A stretch of DNA of 63,162 bases, counting the filler, from Reclinomonas americana ATCC 50394 (Eukaryota), in assembly GCA_048213135.1 (NCBI GenBank). It is 20 parts of 20 records of this genome, joined end to end, with 100 filler letters (N's around TTAATTAATTAA, not from the genome) between each part and the next. Parts side by side here need not be neighbours in the genome. Positions count along the whole stretch, not along the records: positions 1 to 3,020 come from AFZH01023662.1; positions 3,121 to 8,326 come from AFZH01023663.1; positions 8,427 to 13,653 come from AFZH01023664.1; 17 more parts are not named here. The stretch is one strand, 5' to 3'. The notes below the pieces were generated by a model. It saw nothing but the letters and a program-made list of their open reading frames with translations. It did no database searches and was not told the origin of the DNA. Below, piece after piece: positions 1-13,653 of this stretch. Each line of letters opens with the position of its first letter. Position 1 is the stretch's first letter. The translations under genes were made by a program, and so were the position numbers.

Positions 1-433
1 GATTTCGTTGCCTGTCGCACTCCACATTGTGAGTTTTGTCTCACTCTGTCCTCTGTCAACTTGGTGCTTCCTTTTCTTGCATTCTCTCTCTTTTGTGTTC
101 ATGTGCGTCGTCGTGTACGACTGGTGCACTTGCCAGGGTGCGCGAGGATGGCATTCACCCGAAGAACATCCGCTTCGTGCCGAGCTGCACTCTTTCTCGT
201 ATCCTACGTCGTCTTGCGAACTGCAACAGAAGAAAAGTTGTTCCTCTTGCACGGTCTCTGTGTGCATCTGTTTGTTTTCTCGGCGCGGAGAAGAAAGAAA
301 GCGAGGAACAATATTCTTCTTCTTCTTCTCCTCCTTCTTCTGTCTTCTTGCCTGTATATCGGTCTCCTCAATCGCCGGTGCTCCTCCACGTGCGCGCAGT
401 CTGGTCAACAACAACAACCACTCCACATTCGCC

Positions 434-2343
434 ATGAGTGATCACAGTCACCACATGCTCCAGCAGCAGCAGCGCATGGCTGGTCCCGGCCGCGACGGTG
501 TACCCATGCTTCCTCCGTTTTCATCGAACATGAGTGGCGCGCCCGCCCCGGCATCGACCACGTCGCTGTTGAGCGCAGCCACTCTGGTGGGCAAGGAGAT
601 GGGCGAGATGGGTCACGGAGGAAGCGATGACCAGCACCACTCGCATCACTCCCACTCTCACCATCACCACCAGCACCAGCAGCAACACATGATGCAGCAG
701 CAGCACATGCGACACGGGCTGCCGCCCATGACCGGCGGAAATAGCGCGTCGGTACGTCAGACAGTCCACTGTGAGTCGTGAAACCATGAGGGGAACGATG
801 CTCACTCCGTGACCCTCGCAGAGCCAGCTATTCATGTCGCCGTTTGTGGGTTCATTTGGATCCTCGTCGGGCGGGATGGAAGCACCGCAGTCGCTGGCGA
901 TGATGCCGCACAGCGCGCCTGGCGAGATGATGGGGATGGCGGCTGGATCGTCGTCCTCATCGGCGCCTTCCTCGGCCTCGTCTTCCCCGTCCGTTCCGCA
1001 GCATTCGCAGTCGCTGCAGGCATCGACTTTCTCGTTCGCGCCGCTTCTGCTGCCGTCGCTGCAGACGCCGCAGGGAGGACCGTCTCGACTCACGCCACCC
1101 CCGCCGCTCCACGGCTCTCTGCAGCTGGCGCTGCCACCGGCACATTCGTGCGGACAGCACTCTGCTGGTGAAAGTGGCCCCGCAGCTGGCAGTGGGCCGA
1201 CAGTCTTCTTCCGCGGCCCCGACATGCACATGCCGGTGACGATGGATGTTGCGTGCCAGCATCTCTCTCGTCCTTGTTTTATATACGGTCTCTCACGCAT
1301 CTCTTGTTCGTTTCCCATCCACCCCACAGCAGCAACCGTGGTTGTATGGTCCAGTGGGCCAGGCAGGTCAGCCGTTCCACATGCAGATGCACCCGGTGTA
1401 CCTCGATCCGTCGCAGATGGACATGTCACACCACCATCACCACGCGCATCAGGGACCGGGCATGATGCGCTCGGCGATGCCACAACAGCACCACCATCAC
1501 CATCAGCAATCCCAGCACCACCAGCTGGTCCCACCGTCTGACTTGGAGACTTTCTCGTCGGCGCTGTCCACCATGCACGGCCAGGTGGCCACATTCGGTG
1601 GGCAGATGGGTGGCGACGACCAGCAGGGAGCTGGCGGCAAGGGCAGCAAGTCGGCGGCTAAGAACGGCGCACGTCGCAATGTCACGTGCGCCTGCTTGCC
1701 GTGCCGACAGGCTCACGTCAGTTGCTCGGAGACTCGACCGTGCCCACGCTGCACGCGCAAAGGGTTTGTGTGCCGCCGACTGCTTCTAGTTTTCATACTT
1801 TGTCGTAGATCTCTTACACGAATTCTGCGCAGCATTGAGTGCGTCGACATTTCGCAGAATGCCAAGAAGCGCGGACCCAAGCCGGGTGCCAAGAGGCGCT
1901 CCAAGAGTTCGTCGGAGAGCACCTCGGGCGACGATGGCAGCGGCAGCGCAATGGCTGGAAGCGAGTTCGAGCCGCCACTTAAGAGACACAACAATGGTGC
2001 CACTGTGTCGGCCATGGATACCTCGGACACCATGGTTTGTGTGTTGAACGTTGACAGTCGCCTGCGTCGTCGTTGCACGACTCTAAGTTTTACCTGATTC
2101 ACAGGAGCATCATCACGAGCAGCAGCAGCACCAGCAGCAGCATCAACAACAGCAATACTCGGGCTTGTCGAGTTTTCTCAGTAGCGGCGGTGGTATCGGA
2201 CAGCACCCTCCGTCGCTGATCTCCGATTCGAAGCTGGCCTCTTCCCACGACTCGCATCAGTCGTCGGGCCACCAGCAGCACTATCACCACCACCATCACC
2301 ACCGTCATGCGGCGGATGGCAGCTGCTGTGCCCAAGATATGAT

Positions 2344-2390
<47 letters not shown>

Positions 2391-3020
2391 TTCACCACAA
2401 TCACCAACAACAACAGCACCATGAGCAGCTGCAGCAGCACCAGCACCACCACCATCTCCACCCTCTCGGCAATCTTCAGCACCACATTCCAGAGGCGCCG
2501 CTGAGCCACATGCCGCGCACTCCGTCGCCGCCGTGGGGCAACAAGCCGTGGGTTGGCGGCGTGCCAGAGCACAGTCAGCAAGAGGCGGCGCCCATGCTGG
2601 CACCACTCATGACCCTGGCCGACATTGCAGCGCCGTCTTCCGCCAAGCGTGTCAACAGCAGCAGCAGCATCCACAGCAGCAGTGCTGCCGGGAGTAACAG
2701 CTCCTCCACTGGCGGCGAGGCCAGTGACATGCACTCGGGTGACGAAGGATTCCATCAGGTGTGTTACACACACCACCCTCATGTCTGTGCTCTTCACTCG
2801 ACTTACATGTTACACAGCTTCGCGGTGGCAGCGGCGGTTTGCTGGATCACCACCACCAGTCGGCACAGCAGCAATCGCAGCAGCAGCAGCAATATGCACC
2901 TGCACAGCCGTACTGGCACGAGCCCACGGCAGTGACTCCGCCGCGGGCCGAGCTGCCGACACCGATTTCGGTGCCGCCAAGTGCCGCCGACCTGTACCCG
3001 AATGACCCGCTGTCGCCAAA
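434..3020 (+). CDS. Zn(II)2Cys6 binuclear-cluster transcription factor, His/Gln-rich, multi-exon, 3' end lost in gap
   Basis: ATG 434. GT-AG introns at 752-821, about 1248-1329 and 1764-1832. Splicing gives CLPCRQAHVSCSETRPCPRCTRKGIEC (Cx2Cx6Cx5Cx2Cx6C) followed by a basic KKRGPK stretch. Poly-Q and poly-H tracts follow. Confidence 0.85.
2345..2389 (+). repeat. (CAG)n tract encoding poly-Gln inside the transcription factor
   Basis: Uninterrupted CAG run, in frame as a Q tract in ORF 2165-2935. Confidence 0.9.
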
Positions 3021-3120
3021 NNNNNNNNNNNNNNNNNNNNNNNNNNNNNNNNNNNNNNNNNNNNTTAATTAATTAANNNNNNNNNNNNNNNNNNNNNNNN
3101 NNNNNNNNNNNNNNNNNNNN

Positions 3121-4323
3121 TGTGTACACGTGACGACCAAACTGTGCGAGTACGTTTCGCATGAGAGCAAGGCAACAAATGACGATTGCAGTGATCAACC
3201 GAGCGCACCACCAAATGCGCCGTCTCCTCGCTCTCCGAGGTTACGTCCCAGTGAAACTTGCGAATGACCACGCCAATCCCCAGCACAGCACCTTCGGTCG
3301 CCTGCCAGGTGGACGTCTCATCGTCGCATATCTATGAACAACCATGAGAAGTCATGGTGGGGACTGCGACGTTTCACGCGCGCACGCACCCTCAGAAACT
3401 CTGTGAAGATGCGTTGCGGTGAGCCGTCCACCAGCAGCTCGATCACAGAGGCCAGCTTGGTCGTGGAGTGCTTGCGAATCAGCGACCACACGTCCGTCAC
3501 GCCGAGAACAATCAGACTCTGTGCCATCAACGCACAGCATGTTGGGATCGGAGCACCTAGCTTTCTTGTGTCATCCATCGCAACTTCTATTAGAGTCGTG
3601 ACAGCATCGTCGACCACTGTGAGTGCATCCGCATTCGCCCTCAGTGAATCGAAAAAGAACCTGTCGCGCCACGATGAGTGTCATCTCTTCCGCACCAAGT
3701 GACGTGCAGAGACTCACCGAAAGCCGTGATCACGCGCAGCGGGATATCGAACATTGTTGACCAGAAAGTCACGCAGACACCTCAACACACGACTGCTGAG
3801 AGCCTGCGACTCGGTCTGTGGCTGCAAGATGGATTCGGAGAGTGCCGAGTGCAGTGTCGACAGGCACGCATCCAACTGCTCCTCTAGTGCCTGCTTCATG
3901 AGTGCCTCCTCTTGCGACACGAGCCACTGGCACCTGCCACACGCACACACAAATCCCAGATGAGCCACCGCACGCTGCCTCACGAGTGCATGAGACCACG
4001 CAACAAATCCTCCTGTCCGTCACCGACTCCTGCAAACGTCTGCGGTCGCTCGTAGCGGCGGACAAAGAGGTACCACAACAATGCATGCGTGGAATCGACA
4101 TCGCGCAAAATCTAATGCCACAGCAGCCATTGTCAGATATCATTCTCCTGCCTCTCTCCTCACACACACACATACGACGCACCTCCAAAACCAGCGAGGG
4201 ACTGTGAGCGAGAGCGCTCAAGAACTCGCCCTCGACAGCACTCGTTCCCGGCAGCTCGGCATTGATCAGCCCATCGCTCTCGCCAGTGGGGGCGAACGAC
4301 TTTACAAATCGAGGCAACGGCAT
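3121..4323 (-). CDS. Hypothetical, probably alpha-helical (HEAT/ARM-like) protein, multi-exon, 3' end lost in gap
   Basis: ATG 4323. Spliced model reads MPLPRFVKSF...LVLE|ILRDVDSTHALLWYLF...EDL|CQWLVSQEEAL...DHGFR|FFFDSLRAN... with frame-consistent GT-AG introns. A later exon reads WQATEGAVLGIGVVIRKF. Confidence 0.55.
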
Positions 4324-4806
4324 GTATCACCGACCACCTCTCGCTCTCCCTTCCGCGCTCCTCCTACGACTACTTCTATACAAACAAAACACACGCGCCA
4401 CACGAGAGGGTGGGCGGATGGGAGCGAGGGACGAGCGTCTGTGTGTGCGTGACAGAGCGTGTGAGTTGACAATGAGGATGACGATCGCCTGTCAGGGACA
4501 GAGGAGCGAGACTCGACGAAAGAGACACAGCGCATGCACGATGACACGGTCACATCGAGCGTGTGTGTTCACGAGTGCGTGTGTTGTCGAAGCTCAAGCA
4601 ATGGCACAAAACACACCCAGCACACACGCACACGCGCACGCGTCCAATCGCGCACGCTCACACACAAACGTTCTCTTTCTCTCACTTGCACACACGCACC
4701 GAGTCTGTCCACCTCGCGCACGCCAACACAAGTGTCGATGGTCGGTCGATCGGGCGCGCGAGGACAATGGGAGCACCGCGTAGACAGTCCGTTTTTGTGC
4801 GTTTCA

Positions 4807-6004
4807 ATGTCGTCCCGACACACGCGTGGGAAAAGTGCGGCGGCCAAGGCCGCAGCGGCGGCAGCGGTAGTAGAAGAGAGCAACCGACCGCCGGCGGTGA
4901 TTGATGTGGAGGAAGACGGCGACGATCTCAACGACCCGGGTGGTTACGTGACAGGCCCGAGTGTGCTGCGTGGTAGTCTGGCGGCCTTTCGCTTTGGCAG
5001 TGGTGGGCGTCGGCGATTGGTGCGTAAGCCAAGCGCATCCACCATGCCGGGGAAGACGCAGACACAGGGGACTGGTGAAGAGGGTGGCGGCGATCAGGAT
5101 GGTGACAAGCCGCCAGCACGTCCCATTGCCAGCCGCAACAGCCACTCGAGGAAGCAGGTCAAGGTGTCGGCGCTGGCCATGGTCGGCACCTGCCCAGCCA
5201 CCGATTGGTGGGTTTCAAGTCAGGCGCGCCAGCGCAGCGCCAGTCCGCCTGTTGGTGGTGTTTTGGCTCGCTCTCGTACCGAGCTGGCTGAGGATCAGCT
5301 CAAGGTATGCTCTCTCGCATACATTGGTGCATTCAGTAGTACCATAAACAACACGCTGCTGACAGTTTTGTGGTCGGCAGCATGGAGTGACACCGCCGTT
5401 CGGACGCGCCGAGCGCATGGCTTTTGAGATTCCCACGCAGCCACCGGCGGCGTACAAGAGCGACTACCAGACCGACCTACTCCCCTGGAGTAAACGAGCG
5501 GCGTCGAGCTCACCGGAAAAGGTGTGTACGGCTGGCACGGACGCCACTCCGTGACGGAATCTCATTTCCTTTCCTACACAGTCGCGAGGGTCGAATTCAC
5601 CGCCGTCGCTTCTGCTGACCGAGGCGCTTCCGCAAGACGAGCGACCGGCACTGCCCAAGAGCTACATCTACAGCCGGTACCGCCATTTGCCGCCCCCAAA
5701 GTTGGCACGCATGGAGGTTTGCGGCAGAGTGTGTGTATGCTGTTTCTAGATCTCTCGTGCAGCTCACTTGTGGATGCAGGCCGCATGTCAAAAGGCGCAA
5801 GGCTCGCTGGTGGAGGAGCTCGGCATTGTGCACCAGTATCGCAAGTTCCGCAGCGTTTCGCCACTGACCGAGGAGCGCAACGTGCGGCAGCCGCCGAGTC
5901 TGCTGACGGCGCTGACGTACAGGCCGCCTGTGCGAGAGCTGTCGCCCCGTGATGGCACTGCGGCGCCCGACAGCAGCAGATCGGTGATTGTCAGGGACGG
6001 ATAA
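4807..6004 (+). CDS. Hypothetical low-complexity protein, about 5 exons
   Basis: Starts MSSRHTRGKSAAAK at ATG 4807. Frame-consistent GT-AG introns lead to the last exon ...SRSVIVRDG* (TAA at 6004). No recognisable domain. Confidence 0.5.
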
Positions 6005-6161
6005 ACATACATTGTCGCGTGTGTTTGTGCTGGCTTGGGAGAGAGGAGACAGGAGGGATTTGTAATTGAGGGAGTCGCGCAGTTGCAGAGACAACAGGAG
6101 GCGAAGAGAGTGAGAGTGAGAGAGCAAGAGAGAAGAGTATTGACACACAAACACGAGTTGA

Positions 6162-8326
6162 TTATCCAGTGGTGGACAGCATTGCGGCTGGTGACCGAGG
6201 CATTGTGAGGGCGGCATTCGGGGTGTATGCACCGGGTGCGGGGAACGTGGCCTTGTCCTTGTTCAAGTCGGGGGACCTCTTCTCCTGCACATTGCAACAA
6301 CGCAATCGTAAGTATCGACACATGACACGCAGTGAGGGAGGGGGAAATAACCAAGACAAACCCTGCCAACCGCGGGGGTAGGTGCCTTGGGTCGCACCGC
6401 CGACATGTCGGGATCGTAGATGGGTCCGGGTGCAGTTGAGGTGACCAACTTGCCACGGTCCGAGTGACCAAACACCGGCCGCGGCGCCGTCTTCTTCACC
6501 GATTCGTCGACCACGTCGTACTTGGGCCCAGGCACCTCGGCGGCACGACGCACTCGCGGGTCCGGTTGCCTTTCGGCGGTACCGAAGCGGTACGCTGGCA
6601 GGCGTGATTTGGTGGGACTGCAGCGACAACAACAAAGGAGAAGCACGCTGAGCAAAGCGGCACAGAGTCGGGAGGTGGCGCGTTTTCTGGTACGAACCTG
6701 GTGTCGGGACTGTACACGGGTCCGGGTGAATCAGGTGTCACCTCCGACATTCTCTGCGACTCTCGTCCAAACGAGAATCGTGGAGCCGACGGCTTGACAA
6801 CATCTGCACGAGAAGAACCCCTCGTGAGACCACAGACTCACTCTCTCTCTCTCTCTCCCTGTGTGCACCACACGCAACTGTCGGCTTCGGGTGCGTATTT
6901 CGGCCCCGGTGTGGTCACTGTGGTTGTCTTGGCCTTGGAGTGCTGTGACACAAGCCGAGTAAGAAAATACGAACAGCAACTCACGCGCATGCGGGGAGTG
7001 CACGCAACTGCAGACTTGCCAAACGAGTACGCCGGCTGTTGCTTCTTGACAACTTCCAGTGGCTTGTCAACATCGTACACGAATCCGGGATGATCCGCCG
7101 TGCCATTGCGTGGCGGTCTGCGTCGGAGGAGTCAGCCTCGGCAACACAGCACCGGATGAGCAGATGGCGGTACGCAACTCGCTCTTTTGCGGTGCGGTGC
7201 CGATTTTCACGCCTGGCGACTTGGGCAGGGTAAGATCGTACGTCGGCTGATACTTGGGGCCTGGCACATCGGCACCCTTGGCCAAGTCGGCCTCGGCAAC
7301 CGACTTGGACTTGGGGAAGGCAGTCGCAGGCGCCGACTTGTACTTGAGCTGTGCGGGATCATGTATCACAGCATGAGAATGTGCGTGCGCACGATTCGCC
7401 ACGAATCGACAACCAGACACTCACATGCTCCGCCGCACTCGTGTCGTAGGCCGGACCGGGTGACTCGCCACCGGCGACGAGGCGCGAGCGTCCACCAGTG
7501 CCGAATTTCCACGTCGGCGACTTGCGAACGCGAGAAATCGTGGTGTAATGCCCCTCGTCGGTGTACGCCCCCGGACCGGGTGTGTACACATTGGTCTCGG
7601 TGGGGCTCGGCGACCGCGTGGCCTTGCCAAAGCTCTTGGCTTGCGGCGTCGGATCGGTGGGCACTCGATCGATTGCGTACTTGGGTCCCGGAGAAATCGA
7701 GCGATGCTGCCCGTCGCCTGCACGAGCAAGGTGAGCAGCGGAGCACCAAACAACACCACGTAGCTGCAACGGAAGCGCAACTGAAACGCGTGGAGCGACC
7801 GAAACCGAACGACGGTGCTGTGCATTCAGCAGCGTGTGGTGAATGAGCGGACGATGACGACAACGACAACAACGACAGCAACACGACGAAACATGACGCC
7901 TTGTGTGGCTGCATTCGATTCTGCGTGTCATACACCGGTCCAGGCGTGAGTCGGCGAGTGCTCTTGGCATCGCTGCTGTGCCGCATGGATGAGCCGAACT
8001 TGGTCGTCGGCGAGCGAGAGCGCGTCGGCTGTGTGTCAGTGAAATGAATGATGAGCATGCCAGTCGTGCAGTGCGCTCACTGAGCTCAGTGCATGTCACG
8101 CAACAGACACGTCGGGATCGTACTGAGGGCCGGGAGTGTCGGGTCCGAGAGGCACCATGTGTGCATCGTGCGGTCGGTGCGGGCGAATGGTGGTGCCCGG
8201 CGGCCGCTTCATGGACTGTGCGCACGCGCGAGAGAGAGGGGGGGGGATATCGAGGAAACCGGAGGCGTGAGTGTGAGTGTTAAGGAGAGAGATAGAGTGC
8301 GTGTGTCGCAACTTCAGAGAGATCAA
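6162..8326 (-). CDS. ODF3-like axonemal protein with SHIPPO (PGPGxY) repeats, many short exons
   Basis: At least ten PGPxY motifs across exons (PGPQYDP, PGPVYD, PGPKYA, PGPGAY, PGPAYD, PGPKYQP, PGPVYSP, PGPKYDV, PGPIYDP), with intervening P-x-[YFW]-x-FG segments. Stop at 6162. Confidence 0.85.
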
Positions 8327-8426
8327 NNNNNNNNNNNNNNNNNNNNNNNNNNNNNNNNNNNNNNNNNNNNTTAATTAATTAANNNNNNNNNNNNNNNNNN
8401 NNNNNNNNNNNNNNNNNNNNNNNNNN

Positions 8427-8846
8427 CTTCTGCGGAAAGAGTGAGCAAAGTGCAAGTGGATCCTCTTCTTTTCTTTTTCTGCTGCATTGCGCATGCACCT
8501 GACATGCTGCGTGGCGGTCGGATGTTGACGCGGCGTGCGGGGTCAGAGATGCGCGCTCTTGCCCTTTGCGAAGTCGTAGTCAAGTCGTATCGGAGATCGC
8601 GACTCACAGGACATTGTGATGCGATACGAGGAGAACACCACTGGTCATCATACGTGTTTCCATACTATCCCTGTTGGTGATGGTGACAGCGTGGCGCGAA
8701 CAGTCGCCTTCTTTGTGCACACATTCGAAATCGACGTCGACGTCGCGACTTGTGCGACCTGGAAAGCATTTTCGCACGAGCTGCTGCACCGGCTTCTGTG
8801 GTGCCCTGCCCGGGTTGCGAAAGAGCCGCCGGTACTCGTTCTCCAT
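8427..8846 (-). CDS. 5' exons of a gene divergent from OFD1, possibly the N-terminus of the ODF3-like gene across the gap
   Basis: ATG 8846 gives MENEYRRLFRNPGRAPQKPVQQL, followed by plausible GT-AG introns. Same strand as, and directly upstream of, the SHIPPO-repeat exons. Confidence 0.4.
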
Positions 8847-8916
8847 AGAGTAGTCGACGTTCCGTTTCTCTTTTGGCGCCAACTTCTTAATTTTGTGGGA
8901 TTGTGTGAGAGAGAGC

Positions 8917-11900
8917 ATGTCGGCGCCACCGCCGTCGTCGTCCTCTGCTGGGTTGCCAGCAGCTGACATGCGGCGACGACTGCGCGAAGGTTTCAAGCGT
9001 GCTGGCATCGAGGACACACTGAAGGTGAGAGACGACACTGCGCGGCGATGATGATCGAGTGCGCGCTCATTGTGGGGTGTTGTACAGGCTCACATACGCA
9101 CCCAGCTCGTGAGACAACTGAAGGAGAATCGAGTGGCTGGTGTGTCTGTGTACGTGTGCTTGCGCGTTGTTGTTGTTGTCTGCTGACGCGATGCACTCGC
9201 AGAGAACCCCATCGAACCGGCCACTGACATTCCCCTTCGCCGACGCGCCATCAACGCTCTTGTGGGTGCGCACATACACATGCTCTCTCCGTTACATAAG
9301 CTTTGTGTGCGTTTCTTACTGAGACCACCACCGCAGCCGACTATCTGCGAGCGTGTGACTACTCGTTTCGTGGACATGCGCGTGATGCAGTGTGGAGGGT
9401 CTCGGCTGATCTTGTCTCTCTGTGTTTTTTTTTTGCGTTGACACATCGCAGGTACTCGGAGTCGGTGTTTGTGCCAGAGGGCGGCTGCGCGCGGCATCCG
9501 CTGAGCTCGTACGACGCGCTGCAGATCCTGCAGATAAGCGATGAGCGCCTGTTGAGAGTTGCGTCTCTGTGTGTGCGTGGTCTCGTCGTGATGTGTGATG
9601 ACTGACGAAGATGCGCAGCACCGGGAGAGTGCCGAGGATTGTGCGCTGGAGCAGATTGTGAGTGTGGTGATCCACACTCGCGGTAACTCGACACGTAGTG
9701 CCAGCGTGCAAACCATGACAGGAGGAGGCTCCTCGTCGACGATTGAGCTGGTGGATGAGCGGCTACGCCGAGTGGATGAAGAGTATTTGGCGGCGGCGGC
9801 ACTGTCGAGTGGGCGGGGGACGCTCGAGGACCGCATGTTGGCGTACCAGCGTGAGTGCGACGAGAGAGCTCGCGCACAGGTGGCGCAAGAACTCGCACGC
9901 ATCCGAGAGCAGGATGTGGCAGCGATGCGAGTGGAGGAAGCCAACAAGTATCGTCATCAGTTGGCGGAGGCGCGCGCCAAGCTGGAGGACGACTACCGTG
10001 TGCGGTTGGAGCGATTGCGCAAGTTGGAGACGGAGGCGGCGGAGAGGTCGACGGAGCGTGATCGTGATGCAGAAGCTCAACTGCACCGCCAGCGCCATCG
10101 AGTGCACGAAGAACTGGAGCGATTGCGAGAACAGAGAGACGATTTGGAGAAGCTGAAAGAGCAGCTGGCTCGTGGCGCTCAGCTCGAGGAAGAGCGTCTG
10201 CGTCGGCGCATGGACGAGGTGCACCGTGTCCTTGCCCGTCCCAACCGCAATTTGTGGCACGCTGCTGACTCTCTCTCTCTCTCTCTCTCTCCACAATCGT
10301 ATTTGTTGTGAGGGCAGGCTGACCAGCGGTGTTCGGAGCTGCAGACACTGAAGGTGACGCTGCGTGAGCAGCTGCACGCGGAGCTGGCCGAGATGCGAGC
10401 GAACATGGAACGCGAGTACCGTTCCAAGATCGAAAAACTGGAGCGCGATCACCAGCTGCTGCAGGAGGAGCGGTTGCGTCTGCTGCAGGATCGACGTGCT
10501 GTCGACACAGTTCGTGAGGACGCAGTCAGAGCACAGCATCTCGAGCAAGACGCACTGGCGGCTCGCACCCGGGCCTCGGAGATCGAGCGAGATCGCGATC
10601 ATGTTGCGTCGCACGCTCCAGTGTTCGGCTTGTTCACTTGCAACTGATGCCAGCCTCCTCTCCCACATTCACAGCTCCTGCAGCAAACCAAGCGACTCGA
10701 AGCCGAGCTGGAAAAGGAGAGACTGCTGCGCGAGGAGTACTCGGGACCAGCTGGTGTCGTCAAGCGGCTGGAGCGGTCTGCGCAGTGTTGTGCCTCCATT
10801 TCACTCTCACTCTTTTGCACTCACTCACACACACACACACTGGCGCCGACGTAGGGAGCTGGAGAATGCTCGCCTCCGAGAGGAAGCCGCCATTTCGTCG
10901 CTAAAGGATCTGGAGTTGCAGAACCGACGACTCAAGGACATTGCGGAGCGTGCCGGCGACGACTTGAAGCACCGATCAGCAGAAGTGGAGGCTCTGGCTG
11001 ACGATCTGCGCAAAATGGCTGCGCACGAAAACACGATTGTCGTACATGCCGAGGCTGCTTTCAAGCGAGAGCGTGTGGAGTGGCAGGATCGCCTCGAGCA
11101 AGAGGTCAGTGTTGGGCAACTGATGTCCGCAATGCGGCTCTCTTACTGTCACCGATGCAGGCGGAGCGTGCTTCACGGCTTGAGCGCTGCTTCGAGGAGG
11201 AGCAGGTGAATTGTCGAACGCTGCGTGGTCAGGTGGAAGACCTGCGGACTCTTTTGGTCAATGCGCAAGAAGGTTTGCTCCTTTTCGGCAATCAGCACAG
11301 ACAAAGCACCTGATTTTCTCTCACGCATCACAGCCCTGGAGGCCGCCATACGGAGCAAACGAGACAACTTTTTCGTTCCAGATGCGGCCTTCCTGACGGC
11401 CAGCATGGGTGGTGCCACGGCGGCTGTCGGACATCGCGGAGGGTTCGTGTGTCCGCAGAGAGAGGCTATCGACCTTCATGCACACAATGCCAACATCTCA
11501 CACCAATTTACTCTACACATCCTGCAGGCACGAGCAACAGCTGCACCAGCCGTTCATGTATGTACCGGAAATGATGATGGCCGGCATGGCACAGCAGCAA
11601 CAGCAGCAGCAACAACTGTTACTGCAGCAACAGCAGCGAATGGTAAGCGCGGGAACATACATCATTGTGGAGTCGAAGTGAAGCACTTACATGGATTTGA
11701 GCAGATGGCGGCAAGTGGCTTCCCTCGGGCAGACTACGTGCGTCAGTCCGTTGACCGCAACAATGTGTATGCTTTTGGCTTGCCCATCCTCACCACAAGT
11801 GTCGCACACAGTACGGAGATTTTAATTTGAATGGTTCTGGCATGCTGGAACTTGGTGATAGCACTGATGGGCGACCGCAGTCGCCACCGTTGCCGCCACT

Positions 11901-13653
11901 ACGGTATGCAACAGAGGCTCCGGTGGGAAGGACCAGAACAGAGCAAGCGGCAGGTGGAAGGGGATCGAGACGCGCAACAGACCGACCGGCCGAGGCAGCA
12001 CCGGGGGGCGCTGGCGCATCGGTGCCCAATACGCCACCGCCGCATGCTCATACACTGCTTGACGGACACAAGCATGTGACTATCGCCGAGCAGCGACTGT
12101 TGAGTTGTTTGGTCGGAGCTTGACTGCAACTGTACCGTAGTGCTGACTTGAGAAAACCATGCACACGACACAGCATGCCGAATCTCAGCCCGATTATTGG
12201 CACAGTGTCGCAGAGTGAGTCCAGTTCCCTCTCCTGTGATTTTTTTATCTCTCTTCACAGTGCTTACTGCGCCGATCTACGCACACAGTGGAGAGCGTAC
12301 GAGTCCACTCGCCGCCGGCGTCGCCGGTGGTCGCCACTGCAGCGGCAGCCTCACCACAGTTGCACCGCCCACCGCCTCTGCAAGCACCGGCTGTACAGAG
12401 CCCGTCGTTGGCATTGCGTCGTGATCCTCCTGCTACTGCGCTGTCGGTTCCTGCTGTGGAGCTGGTCGTCAACACTCCAACCGCACCTGTGCCACCACCA
12501 ACATCGAGCACCACTGCCACGCCGCCAGTGCCGCCGCCCTCCGTACCACCGCCCGTTCCAGTCGATCAAGTAGCACAGATGCAACCAGCAACAGCGCCTG
12601 CCCCCACCCTCGCTCCCGCCCCCGCCCCCGCCCCTGCGCCTGCGCCTGCCACCAACGCCTACCTTCTCTTCCAACAACGTCAACGAGAGGCAGAGGAGAA
12701 GCAAAAACGCGAGCAAGAGGAAAAGGCCGAGAAGGAACGGCAACAGCGGAAGCAGAGAGAGGAGGAGGAGGAGCGACGGCGGCAGGAGGTGGCTCGACGA
12801 GTTGCGTAGTGCGGATGACACGCCGGTTCGATTTTTAATTCGTTGATCTCATTCGCGAAACAGGCTGCTGAGGCAGCCAGGAAGGAGGCGGAAGAGAGGA
12901 GAAAGGCCGAGGAAGAAGAGGAATCCCGCCGGTTGGCGATCGAACAGGAGCGGCAGCGCAAACTGGAGGCGTCTCTCGCCGCTGCGGCCGCCGGTGTCGA
13001 CTCGTCGATTGATGACGATCACAAGTCACCGGTCGTCGCGACCAAGGCGCCGGCACCGCCTGCTACAGCAGTCGTGCACAAGGAGGAAGACTCGATTGAG
13101 GATTCGCCGCCACCGCCGCGCAAGACTGGCTCGATTGCCGACAATCTTTTTGGGCAGTTCGGCATCGGTACAGCTGCGGCAGCCAAGAGCACTCCACCGG
13201 CTGTGACCAAGACCGTAACACCACCACCAACAACAACGGCTACCACAACGCCAAGTGCCCCCGCTACCGCGGTCGAGTCTTCGTCGAGCGAAGACAGTCC
13301 GCCGCCGGCGCGCTCGCGTTGGGCGCAGCAGGGGAGCTCCGGCGGTGGTCCACGAAGTGCAAGTGCTAGCAGTGGCAGTGCTTCAGATGTGCGTGCGTCG
13401 GCACCCACATTGGCCACACCACCAGTGTCGGGAGATAGCGAAAGCGACGGGGATGATGGCGCCGCCGCGGGAGGCACGGCCAAGGGCTTGCCACTGGCAC
13501 GAGCCGCATCGGCGCAGAGTCGAATCGCAGGTGAGAGTAGACGCTGGTTCTCGTGGAAACATTGATGATTCTGAGTTTGTCTGGGGACTATAGGTGGCTC
13601 GGCAGCGTCCATGGATACGCCCGACATGTTCAAGCAGTACATGGAGCGAGCAG
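8917..13653 (+). CDS. OFD1: Oral-facial-digital syndrome 1 centriolar protein homologue (LisH plus coiled coils), 3' end lost in gap
   Basis: The spliced N-terminus MRRRLREGFKRAGIEDTLKAHIRTQLVRQL...AINALVADYLRACDYSYSESVFVPEGG follows the OFD1 TOF/LisH pattern. It continues LEDRMLAYQRECDERARAQVAQELARIRE, long coiled coils, a Pro-rich region and a C-terminal FKQYME motif. Confidence 0.88.

Noticed and set aside
3065..3076. Recurrent TTAATTAATTAA palindrome as a biological motif
   Set aside because: It is always centred in N runs of fixed size and is a standard six-frame-stop linker.
3714..3983. Post-SET-like FVCACGRC motif suggesting a SMYD methyltransferase
   Set aside because: The motif lies in the TG-rich 3' end of a predicted intron (donor 4004), and no SET core motifs are present.
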